DNA of 64,000 nucleotides from Escherichia coli (GTDB lineage Bacteria; Pseudomonadota; Gammaproteobacteria; Enterobacterales; Enterobacteriaceae): NCBI RefSeq assembly GCF_022846255.1, contig NZ_AP025682.1; one strand, 5' to 3'. Shown piece by piece: positions 42,248 to 53,068 of this stretch (position 1 is its first letter; each line of letters starts with the position of its first letter). The notes under the pieces were generated by a model. It saw only the letters and a program-made list of their open reading frames with translations, ran no database searches and was not told where the DNA came from. The position numbers and the translations under genes were made by a program.

Positions 42248-42324
42248 TATTTTATCCTGAAGGCAAATAAACCTTTTATAAATATGTTAATAGCAACCGC
42301 CCGACAGCTGTCACCAGTATCCCC

Positions 42325-42726
42325 TCAGACCCGCCAGTCACCACCACGCTTTACTGACCGATCACCCTCCTCTTCATGGTTCATTGCCAAACCAGAAACA
42401 TAATAAGGAAGCAGATTATTCACCGTCTGACTGAGGTGCTGAATCCGAACCAGCGCTCCTGATAAATACCCCTGAGAAACACCGTGCTGCTCACAGGCCT
42501 CCCTGCGGGTATATCCCATAACAAGATGCTCCCTGAGCGCATTAATCACTTTCTCACTGTGCATCCCGGATATTTCAATCAATAACCAGAAATGCCTTTC
42601 TGATACTTCCCCGGGCAGCAGAATCCCGGACCGCTCTTTCACCAGATGCAAACAAACCTCCGAATTCATAACCCCGTTTACTCTGACAGGGAAACAAACT
42701 CTCAGCATCAGCGCCGGAATGAACAC
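42325..42726 (-). CDS. afaA: PapB/AfaA-family fimbrial operon transcriptional regulator
   Basis: ORF track 133 aa; core LLPGEVSERHFWLLIEISGMHSEKVINALREHLVMGYTRREACEQHGVSQGYLSGALVRIQHL resembles PapB; true start probably an internal Met. Confidence 0.7.
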   Translation of the reverse strand: MFIPALMLRVCFPVRVNGVMNSEVCLHLVKERSGILLPGEVSERHFWLLIEISGMHSEKVINALREHLVMGYTRREACEQHGVSQGYLSGALVRIQHLSQTVNNLLPYYVSGLAMNHEEEGDRSVKRGGDWRV

Positions 42727-42791
42727 CGGTAATCCCCTGCCTCGCCACCAACATTACCATGGAGTTTAATGCTGTAAATATGATTATTGAC

Positions 42792-42898
42792 GATCTTTTT
42801 AACCAAATAACAACAATTAAACAGGTTATAACACTACTCCAGTGCAAAAAATACAGCACTGAAATCCAGAAATCATATAAAATACAGATAAAAAGATC
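42792..42898. promoter_or_regulatory. pap-like Dam/Lrp phase-variation switch: two GATC sites ~103 bp apart
   Basis: CGATCTTTTT at ~42791 and its exact reverse complement AAAAAGATCG at ~42890, in the AT-rich divergent intergenic region between the PapB-like and PapI-like genes. Confidence 0.65.
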
Positions 42899-43212
42899 GT
42901 TTTTTGCATAATTTCTGATATTACATAACAACATGAAAATATCTTATTTTCTGGACATTAATCAAAAAATGATTCACATGATTTAATTAAATACATGAAA
43001 TTACAGGAGGGTAAAAATATTACCGGGGGAAACAAAAGCGGACAGAAAAATGACTGTGGAATTTTCTTCTTCCGGCAGAAAATAATCGTTGTATTATATA
43101 CGTCAGCTGCCAGCCCTGATGGCTTTACATGGCTGAAATTAACAACGACAAGAGTTCGTATGGTTTGATATACCATGCACGATATTCAGGTCCACACGGG
43201 AATTAACAGAAT

Positions 43213-44570
<1,358 letters not shown>

Positions 44571-44764
44571 TCAGGTGGCCAAACTTACTGTGCCACTACA
44601 GTATTGGACTTGAAGCCCGCAGAGGAAATGAGGTGTGAGTCAGCGAATTACATAGAGGCTCGCAGCTTTATGGCTGCAATAAAGCCGGATATAAAGCTGC
44701 AACCTATCCGTCAATGTCAAAACAATGGATTCCTTGCAAACGGATGCGTTCATATAAGGTCATC

Positions 44765-45256
44765 ATGCATTCGGAAAATATTGCGGCTTACGTCGGGCTG
44801 GATGTGCATAAAGAAACGTTGGCGGTTGCTATTGCTGTACCTGAACGGCTTGGCGAAGTTCGTTATTATGGTACGATTAACAACGAAGCCTAGGCTGTAC
44901 GTCGATTATTTCAGAAATTGCAGGGACTTTACGGAAACACTCTTTCCTGCTATGAGGCTGGCCCCTGTGGTTTTGGGCTATATCATCAACTCACAGCGAT
45001 GAATATAAAATGCCAGGTTATTGCCCCTTCCCGGATACCAAAATCACCGACAGACAGAATCAAAAATGATCATCGGGACGCAATTTCTCTCGCCAGGTTA
45101 CTGCGGGCTGGAGAACTTACCCCTGTCTGGATCCCTGAGCTGACTCATGAAGCTATGCGGGATCTAATCAGAGCCCGTGCAGCAGCTAAACGAGACAGCA
45201 GAGTTGCCCGACAGCGAATTCTGAGCATGCTATTGCGAACAGACAAACTTGCCTAA
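44765..45256 (+). pseudogene. IS110-family transposase N-terminal remnant (internal stop, truncated)
   Basis: MHSENIAAYVGLDVHKETLAVAIAVPERLGEVRYYGTINNEA then TAG at ~44891, continuing out of frame as ...CYEAGPCGFGLYHQLTAMNIKCQVIAPSRIP...; ends at the IS630-like element. Confidence 0.5.
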
Positions 45257-45317
45257 GGCCTCATACTCTTCCTGGCTCTGGATGCCATCGGTGATATTTC
45301 TTAATGCACCAATCACC

Positions 45318-46475
45318 CTAAATAACTGCTCCTAATATCGCTACACTTTAGCCAGCCCATGTTTCCCACCGGGGAATGGGCTAACGGTATCCATAAAGTG
45401 ACGAACCTTTTTCAACAGTTGCCACATTAAACGGCACTGGTGATTTCGGGTTATTGTCTCATGAAGCGCCTGCCACAACCGTTCCACATGATTGACCCAC
45501 GGTGAGTAAACCGGCTGATAAATGACCCTGAACTTCGGGTTTGCTTTCAGCCAGCGCAACGTTTCACGGCTTTTGTGGATGATGTAGTTATCGACAATGA
45601 GCGTAATCGTTTTTGCCCGCCGGTGTGTCGCCTTCATATATTTTAACAGACTGATAAATAAGGACGAACCTTTACTGTTTCCACCAACGTAGCTGACTTT
45701 TCCCGTACCGCTGTGCAGCGCACCGGCGAGATAGTACTTTTCATTCTGGCCCGGCGTGACCACGCGCTTTTGCTGCCCACGTAGCTGCCAGTCTGCGCCA
45801 GTTTTGGGATTGAGGTGAATATCCACTTCATCTTCGTAAAACACGGGGTTTTCCGCACTGCATTTCGCCAGTGCTTCATGGATAGCGACCATTTTTTCTT
45901 CTTTGTGTGGGTCACGGATACGCAGTGTCGGCGCGGCTCTGCGCCATACCAGTCCGGCTGCAGGTAACCACCGCCGGATGGTTGAAGCATATAGTGGACA
46001 ACCGGTGACCTCACGGATTTTTATCGCCAGCAGTTCAGTACTCCAGCGGGAACGCTGATAACCGAAATCACCGGGAGAATGCTTAATAAGCTCACGCAGC
46101 AATGTGCAAATATGTTCGAACGGCCAGCGTCTCCCACGTCCTGACGGTAATGACTTCAGGCCTTCAGCACCGGACAGCGTGAACCAGTTAATCCAGCGAC
46201 CAATCGATGAGCGGGCACAGCAGAGCGTTCTGGCAACATGACAGACGGTGTCACCACGATGCAGCATCAGTATGGCGGTGAGCCGGCGGGCGTGGTTTTT
46301 GTCCTTTGTTTTATGGGTAGTTTTCTGCATCAGGCGTCGTTCGGTTCTGGGTATTGGTGCTATGATCGGCATTGCTCAGTCCGGCTGGTGATTTGGGATA
46401 TTCAGCGATTGATCAGATCGCATAAACCGGACTGAGTTCCCCCTGAGTGATCTACTATTCCGAGCAGTTATTTAG
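45318..46475 (-). mobile_element. IS630-family insertion sequence, ~1.16 kb
   Basis: 14-bp perfect terminal inverted repeats CTAAATAACTGCTC / GAGCAGTTATTTAG flanked by TA; single 343-aa transposase inside. Confidence 0.75.
45341..46372 (-). CDS. IS630-family transposase (DDE)
   Basis: 343-aa ORF with N-terminal HTH and C-terminal DDE region; size matches IS630 transposases. Confidence 0.75.
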   Translation of the reverse strand: MPIIAPIPRTERRLMQKTTHKTKDKNHARRLTAILMLHRGDTVCHVARTLCCARSSIGRWINWFTLSGAEGLKSLPSGRGRRWPFEHICTLLRELIKHSPGDFGYQRSRWSTELLAIKIREVTGCPLYASTIRRWLPAAGLVWRRAAPTLRIRDPHKEEKMVAIHEALAKCSAENPVFYEDEVDIHLNPKTGADWQLRGQQKRVVTPGQNEKYYLAGALHSGTGKVSYVGGNSKGSSLFISLLKYMKATHRRAKTITLIVDNYIIHKSRETLRWLKANPKFRVIYQPVYSPWVNHVERLWQALHETITRNHQCRLMWQLLKKVRHFMDTVSPFPGGKHGLAKV

Positions 46476-47087
46476 AAAGCAAACCGCCAGTAGATAAACC
46501 TGCCATTAAAGCTGTACCCTCAAGTTGATGCTGAAACGAAATAGGCATCTTGGTTGTGGTGTTTGTAACAAACTATCAGATACAAAAATATGCTCAATTT
46601 GTGACATCAGTAACAAAACGCGTTTTGTTATGTGGATTGCTTGTTTTTTGATCTGGTATAACAGGTATAAAGGTATACAGAAAAGCAAAGAAATACTGCA
46701 AAGGAAAACAGCTATAACGTAAGCTAACGTAATAACCTCTCAGTCTTTCCTCATTTGACTATGGGAGTTTTATTCAACCTGAACGGACTACGAAAATGAG
46801 CACAATGAATAAGTCAATTTTTGAAGCAGGGTTGAACTGTGCCAGTGGTGGAATATCTGGCGAACATTTTTTTTGATGGTGACCCAAAACTGAAGGTGGG
46901 TATCAGTTTTATCTTTCATAGAGTGAAATATGTTAAGAAGAAATGGAGGAAAAGATTGTACTGATTAGGTATTGATAACAATTAATAGTACTGGCGTATT
47001 TGAAGACAATATAATTATTGCTGGATATTGTTGAGGCTCCCTAATATTTACTTTAAGAGCTGTATTAGAATAACACAGGAAACAAAT

Positions 47088-48305
47088 ATGGCAACAGTAT
47101 GGTATAAACAAGTTAATCCACCACAACGGAAAGCTCTTTTTTCTGCATGGCTTGGATACGTATTTGATGGCTTTGATTTTATGATGATATTTTACATTCT
47201 TCATATTATAAAAGCAGATCTTGGCATTACGGATATTCAGGCCACTTTAATAGGGACAGTGGCCTTCATAGCCAGACCTATTGGGGGCGGTTTTTTTGGT
47301 GCCATGGCTGATAAATATGGGCGTAAGCCAATGATGATGTGGGCAATTATCATTTACTCAGTCGGAACAGGCCTTAGCGGTATTGCTACAAACTTATATA
47401 TGCTCGCAGTTTGCCGTTTTATTGTTGGCTTAGGGATGTCTGGTGAATATGCATGTGCTTCAACTTATGCGGTAGAAAGTTGGCCTAAAAATCTTCAATC
47501 TAAAGCTAGTGCTTTTTTGGTAAGTGGTTTTTCTGTTGGAAATATTATTGCGGCACAAATAATCCCTCAGTTTGCTGAAGTATATGGATGGAGAAACTCT
47601 TTTTTTATAGGCCTGTTACCAGTTTTACTAGTTCTTTGGATCAGAAAAAGTGCTCCAGAAAGTCAGGAGTGGATTGAAGATAAATATAAGGATAAATCAA
47701 CATTTTTGTCTGTCTTCAGAAAACCACATCTTTCAATCTCTATGATCGTTTTCCTCGTCTGTTTTTGTCTATTTGGTGCAAACTGGCCGATAAACGGACT
47801 ACTTCCTTCCTACCTAGCAGATAATGGAGTTAATACAGTGGTTATTTCAACTCTGATGACAATAGCAGGTTTAGGAACACTGACAGGTACAATATTTTTT
47901 GGTTTTGTTGGTGATAAGATTGGTGTAAAAAAAGCCTTTGTAGTCGGTCTAATAACTTCATTTATTTTCCTTTGTCCTCTTTTTTTTATTTCTGTGAAAA
48001 ACTCTTCTCTTATAGGATTATGTCTCTTTGGATTAATGTTTACAAATTTAGGTATTGCAGGGTTGGTTCCAAAATTTATATATGATTACTTTCCAACAAA
48101 ATTAAGAGGATTAGGGACCGGTCTTATTTATAACTTAGGGGCAACTGGAGGAATGGCCGCACCTGTATTAGCTACATACATTTCAGGATATTATGGCTTA
48201 GGTGTTTCATTATTCATTGTTACGGTTGCATTCTCTGCCTTATTAATTTTGTTAGTTGGTTTTGATATTCCAGGTAAAATTTATAAACTGTCCGTGGCTA
48301 AATAA
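47088..48305 (+). CDS. MFS-superfamily transporter (substrate unknown)
   Basis: ORF track 47028..48305; 12-TM profile, MFS motif (GAMADKYGRKP), RBS AGGAAA before ATG at 47088; gene is conspicuously AT-rich. Confidence 0.75.
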   Translation: MATVWYKQVNPPQRKALFSAWLGYVFDGFDFMMIFYILHIIKADLGITDIQATLIGTVAFIARPIGGGFFGAMADKYGRKPMMMWAIIIYSVGTGLSGIATNLYMLAVCRFIVGLGMSGEYACASTYAVESWPKNLQSKASAFLVSGFSVGNIIAAQIIPQFAEVYGWRNSFFIGLLPVLLVLWIRKSAPESQEWIEDKYKDKSTFLSVFRKPHLSISMIVFLVCFCLFGANWPINGLLPSYLADNGVNTVVISTLMTIAGLGTLTGTIFFGFVGDKIGVKKAFVVGLITSFIFLCPLFFISVKNSSLIGLCLFGLMFTNLGIAGLVPKFIYDYFPTKLRGLGTGLIYNLGATGGMAAPVLATYISGYYGLGVSLFIVTVAFSALLILLVGFDIPGKIYKLSVAK

Positions 48306-48316
48306 TTGGAGGCTTT

Positions 48317-49435
48317 ATGATTAATTATGGCGTTGTTGGTGTTGGATACTTTGGCGCTGAATTAGCTCGTTTTATGAATATGCATGATAATGCAAAAATC
48401 ACATGTGTATACGATCCTGAAAATGGAGAAAATATTGCCCGTGAATTGCAGTGTATCAATATGTCAAGCTTGGATGCTTTAGTCTCAAGTAAATTAGTCG
48501 ATTGCGTGATCGTAGCCACCCCAAATTATCTGCATAAAGATCCAGTAATTAAAGCAGCAAAGAATAAGAAGCATGTTTTTTGTGAAAAACCAATTGCATT
48601 AAGTTATGAAGATTGTGTGGATATGGTCAAAGCGTGTAAAGAAGCTGGTGTGACCTTTATGGCTGGGCATATTATGAATTTTTTCAACGGGGTTCAATAT
48701 GCACGGAAGTTAATTAAAGAAGGTGTTATCGGCGAAATATTATCATGTCATACCAAGAGAAATGGCTGGGAAAACAAACAAGAGAGACTTTCCTGGAAAA
48801 AGATGAAAGAACAATCTGGTGGACATCTATATCATCATATACATGAGTTAGATTGTGTTCAGCATTTACTTGGAGAAATACCAGAGACGGTTACTATGAT
48901 TGGTGGAAATTTGGCCCATTCTGGTCCAGGATTTGGCAATGAAGATGATATGTTATTTATGACATTGGAATTCCCGTCAGGAAAACTAGCAACCTTAGAG
49001 TGGGGGAGTGCATTTAACTGGCCGGAACATTATGTCATCATCAATGGAACTAAAGGCTCTATTAAAATTGATATGCAAGAAACAGCAGGGTCACTTAGGA
49101 TTGGCGGTCAGACAAAGCATTTTTTGGTCCATGAAACACAAGAAGAAGATGATGATCGTCGGAAAGGCAATATGACCTCAGAAATGGATGGCGCTATAGC
49201 ATATGGTCATCCTGGAAAAAAAACACCATTATGGCTTGCCAGTTTAATAAGAAAGGAGACGTTATTCCTCCATAATATCCTCAGTGGTGCAAAACCTGAA
49301 GAAGATTATATTGACCTTCTCAATGGTGAGGCGGCCATGTCGGCGATTGCTACTGCTGATGCTGCCACTCTTTCAAGATCGCAGGACAGGAAAGTGAAAA
49401 TCAGTGAGATCATTAAACATACATCAGTAATGTAA
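48317..49435 (+). CDS. Gfo/Idh/MocA-family NAD(P)-dependent oxidoreductase
   Basis: 372-aa ORF with N-terminal Rossmann fold (MINYGVVGVGYFGAELARF) and conserved EKP motif (HVFCEKPIALS); RBS GGAGG; 11 bp after the MFS gene. Confidence 0.75.
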   Translation: MINYGVVGVGYFGAELARFMNMHDNAKITCVYDPENGENIARELQCINMSSLDALVSSKLVDCVIVATPNYLHKDPVIKAAKNKKHVFCEKPIALSYEDCVDMVKACKEAGVTFMAGHIMNFFNGVQYARKLIKEGVIGEILSCHTKRNGWENKQERLSWKKMKEQSGGHLYHHIHELDCVQHLLGEIPETVTMIGGNLAHSGPGFGNEDDMLFMTLEFPSGKLATLEWGSAFNWPEHYVIINGTKGSIKIDMQETAGSLRIGGQTKHFLVHETQEEDDDRRKGNMTSEMDGAIAYGHPGKKTPLWLASLIRKETLFLHNILSGAKPEEDYIDLLNGEAAMSAIATADAATLSRSQDRKVKISEIIKHTSVM

Positions 49436-49929
49436 AAACTATACGCCTCTTGATTTAATTCAGGAGGCCTTTTATGTATGATCAAGAATTTTATCTTCGA
49501 TAATCTCATAATTTTAGCAGCGCCATTTATGATAAAAAATCTCTTAAAACCAATCTAATCTTTTTCTTCCTCTGTGTATTTGTTCCCCGTATGGCGTCAT
49601 AATTTATGCATACGTAATGCGGGATAGTTACAATATGCAGCGATAGCGCTAAGTTTTAGTTAAAATCCCCCATTAGCGGGATATGGGGATCTCTGGGAGG
49701 TTCAGGTTTTAGCATCGCGACTTTAATACGACAGACGCTGGTGACGATGATGACAAGCAGTGACTCTTCCGAATAAGGTTCCCACTGACTAATTGGAGCG
49801 CGCTTCGCAATAACATCTCCTTCGCCCAGTATTGGGAAAAGTAGATACGTTCAAACAGTGTACGCTGTTTCGTCTCACAGTTCACGAGATTGATGATCGA
49901 TGAACAGGCAATATAAACCTTGCAGTGGC

Positions 49930-50010
49930 GATCGAGCATTACAATGAAAACCATCCGCATAGTGCGTTGGGTTATCGCTCTCCGCGAGAATATCGACGTC
50001 AGCGGGTAAT
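49930..50010 (+). pseudogene. C-terminal remnant of a DDE transposase (IS3-family-like)
   Basis: Hand translation ...[30 protein letters not shown] resembles the conserved C-terminus of IS3-family OrfB (..YN..R.HSALGY..P..Y..); no intact upstream ORF. Confidence 0.4.
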
Positions 50011-50011
50011 G

Positions 50012-50572
50012 TTAACTTAAGATACAGCCCCTGTCTGGAAATAAGGGGGCAAGAACACCCGCATCGGTAACTATTATGACTCTGGCCACAGGGTTTACAG
50101 CCTCGGCAAGGGCATCTGGGAAGTTTTTTTGTATCTGCGAGTTCTGCTGTTTTTCTGACGGGACTACCCAGCTTAACAGGGGAAGCGAGCATCCATCGCA
50201 GAGCAGGCTGGCGCGGAGCACATGATGCTCCTGAGATGAATATCCACTCCAGTCAACGGCGATGACACAAAGAGATAGCTGGCTAGTCAGCATGGCAATA
50301 ATATTACTGAAAATCGGTGGGATATCGCGGTGAAGAGATTCATTACCGAGCAGTCGGTCAACGCGTTTGATTTTATTTTTGACCCGAGCCAAGCCGGGTA
50401 AATAACGCCCGATGCTGGTCAACGTCAGTGATGCGCCATTGATGAGAGCGATGGTGGCATCCAGCAAAGCATTTTGTCGGTATTTGCGAAACGGTGCTAA
50501 CGCATCGTGGAAAAAATTCTGACATACTTGTCGAGCAGGCATAGAAGCGATCTCATTGAATTGGTTGCACAA
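50012..50572 (-). pseudogene. IS4-family (IS10-like) transposase, N-terminal 186-aa fragment
   Basis: LTLTSIGRYLPGLARVKNKIKRVDRLLGNESLH ... CVIAVDWSGYSSQEHHVLRASL ... VIIVTDAGV aligns by eye with my recollection of the IS10 transposase N-terminal half; ORF ends prematurely. Confidence 0.6.
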
Positions 50573-50665
50573 ATCAGTAGATCACAAAACTCTATGCCTG
50601 TCTTTTTTACCCGCCCATTACTAGGGATTCCTCAGCGCTAACTGAGGGCGGGATTTCTACTTCTA

Positions 50666-50986
50666 TTATTCAGGCCATGCCAATCCATCACTGAATTTTT
50701 TATGCCAATATTTTCTTGAGTAAAAATCATCCCTGTCCAGATGATATATTAAATCTTGTATCCTTTTGCCTGGCTTATATTCATATTTGTATAACATAGT
50801 AGCAAGTTCAGATTGCATACGAAAGAGGTCATCAAATAGAGGCTGTGCATTATCAAAATTGGTGCTTCCGATCTGATGAACTAACGATTCAATACACTCC
50901 TCATACAACCGAAGGTTACGTTTTATTGATAAAACAACATCTCGATACATCTCAAGATCTCGTTGAAATTCAGGCCAAATATCCAT
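50666..50986 (-). CDS. hypothetical 106-aa cytoplasmic protein, translationally coupled to the upstream ORF (possible immunity protein)
   Basis: Strong RBS AAGAGGAGG 13 nt after the stop of the upstream ORF; AT-rich; no recognisable family. Confidence 0.5.
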   Translation of the reverse strand: MDIWPEFQRDLEMYRDVVLSIKRNLRLYEECIESLVHQIGSTNFDNAQPLFDDLFRMQSELATMLYKYEYKPGKRIQDLIYHLDRDDFYSRKYWHKKFSDGLAWPE

Positions 50987-51002
50987 TTACCTCCTCTTTT
51001 TA

Positions 51003-51641
51003 TTTAACCTTGACTGGTTGAATATGACCAACTTGTCCCGTTTTCGGGTTATAGATCATTTCAAGACCTGCACCTTCATATCTTAAGTAGCCAGGTGCGC
51101 CTCTAGGATCCGGCTCAACTTTTGGATTGCTATTCAAAACTTCTCTTGCTTGCACGAATGGCGCAGGTCTGCCTTGCTCTCATAATTTCTCATAATAACT
51201 TTTGCTGAATTTCATTCCATCTACAGTATAAAAATCACCATCAAAGGATATCTTTTTCCCAATACCAAGGTAGCTTAATTTATTTGATGCAGCTTGCCCT
51301 ATAAGAGGCGTTGCCGAAGCCGCAATGATCTCCAAGCCCTGCTTTGTTTCGGTGTAGCTTTCTGCGGTCTGACGATCCCCCCCTTTGGTGACCATGAAAT
51401 AGTTAATCATGGCGTTTTTCACCTGCTGCTGATTCTGTGCATCAACACTGGTGATATCGAGGAGATTGACTATCTGACCATACGCATCAGCGTATTGCTG
51501 GCTGTATTTCGAGTTATAAGGGCCATCTTCGTACCCTTCTTTCGACGCAATAACTTTCAGTCTTGCGCTGGCACACGCTGAACTAACCGCCGTTATTACC
51601 GGAGATATACTGCTCCTTAAAGCCACGCACTGAACTCTCAC
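51003..51641 (-). pseudogene. hypothetical protein with an in-frame TGA (153 codons + TGA + 59 codons); possible polymorphic-toxin C-terminal module
   Basis: ORF track 51180..51641 ends ...KFSKSYYEKL; the same frame continues past TGA as EQGRPAPFVQAREVLNSNPKVEPDPRGAPGYLRYEGAGLEMIYNPKTGQVGHIQPVKVK to TAA at ~51000; AT-rich relative to the flanking tpsB-like DNA. Confidence 0.35.
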
Positions 51642-52997
51642 CCCCGAGGCTCAGTTGTTCCACACCATGAAGACGGTCCGGTGACCACTGGGCATAAGCG
51701 CTGGTCAGCCACCACACACTGTCCGTGACGGGGCGCTGAAAACTGGCGCTTAATGACCATTTCCGGAGCTGATTTACGGGCAGGTCTCCCCTTTTCCCGT
51801 GGTCGCTTTCTGCGCCGAACCAGGGCATCCCCCGTGTGAATACCGGATTCAGTGTTCCGCCCCCCCCCCCAGAAACTTGTGTGTGTGATTCAGCCCGACA
51901 GAAAATGAAGTGAGTTTACGGCTGCTGCCCTGAAGCAGAACATCATCCAGATAATTGTGAATAATGCGGTGCTGCAGACCTCCGGTCAGTGCTGTCTTCA
52001 TGTCCCCGTTACGGAACAGGACATGCGACAGTCCCAGCCGGTGAGTCTGCATGTCTCCCGTGGAACGCCACAGCCAGCCCCGGTTATCTATGGTGCTGAG
52101 GTAGTCACTCCATGAATACGTGTAATCCACCAGGGTATAGCCATACGGCAGACTGACACCGGCGGCAAAATTCCTCGCATCATGTGACACCGAAAAGTCA
52201 CTGCTCCGTCCCCCGCTGACAAACCAGTTGTCAGCCAGCCCCAGCGGATTATTAAAAGAAAGGACACCATTTAACTGCCCCGTACCGGTATTCTTCTGTC
52301 CGCTGTTGTCGATGCCCACGCTCCCTGTGACAGGCCATTACGGCGATGCCGTCAGTGTCACCACCGACCATCCCTCACGGTCACCGGGCGATATTTCAAT
52401 CTGTACCGGCTCCGTACGCAGACGGTTAATCTGCTCCATCCCCTGCTCAATATCCCGCAGGTTCAGAACATTCCCCTCCATTCCCGGGAAAACCATCTTC
52501 AGGGTGCGGGCAGGAAGGTCAGCGCCTTCCGCCCGGATTTGCTGCAGCCTGCCTTCCATGACCGTTATGTGCAGTACGCCCCCTGAAAGGTCCTGCTCTG
52601 TCAGAAAGGCCCGGCTGGTGATATATCCCCGGCGTATATAGCCGTCCGTCACGGCATCCGTGACTGCGGTCAGCCCCGTGATATTCAGACACTGATTCAC
52701 CCACGGTGCCACCAGTCTGTCGGTTTCTGCAGACGTCAGTCGGGTGGCCCCACTGACAACAATGCGTGACACCGTAAAGCAGGGACCTTCAGTACCGGCA
52801 GACGTTTCCGGAGACGGAGTGATGGTCAGCGGCGCACTACGCTCCAGCGCATCACGCTGGCGCTGGTTTTCATCCAGCAACTGCTGCTGTTGCTGCTGAA
52901 TTGCACTGCGGTCACCCGGAGACAGCATGGCTGCCGGAGACGAAAATGCGGGGATAAAAAAAACAGAAAAACGGAGAGGGAGAGATAGCATATCCAC
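51583..52997 (-). pseudogene. TpsB-family (CdiB/ShlB/FhaC-like) two-partner-secretion outer-membrane transporter, fragmented
   Basis: Three collinear ORFs (52338..52997, 51849..52319, 51583..51828). N-terminal piece has POTRA-like sequence (FTVSRIVVSGATRLT...YIRRGYITSRAFLTEQDLSGGVLHITVMEGRL); the first two pieces are in the same frame separated by an in-frame stop, the second and third differ by a frameshift at a homopolymer; total well short of a full-length TpsB. Confidence 0.65.
51860..51870. repeat. homopolymeric C11 tract (G11 on the coding strand) at the frameshift point of the tpsB-like gene
   Basis: Eleven consecutive C on the plus strand; the upstream piece reads ...HKFLGGGAEH* through it. 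Confidence 0.8.
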
Positions 52998-53068
52998 GGA
53001 GATATTCGCCGGAGCATATCACAACTGAGGTGTACTGGCAATAGCGGACACTACCACTTGTTCTTTTT

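Noticed and set aside
51183-51641. 153-codon ORF as the missing C-terminal beta-barrel part of the tpsB-like gene
   Set aside because: Composition drops sharply to AT-rich at ~51600 and the translation is hydrophilic with no C-terminal aromatic barrel signature; more likely separate cargo DNA. Kept as a low-confidence feature.
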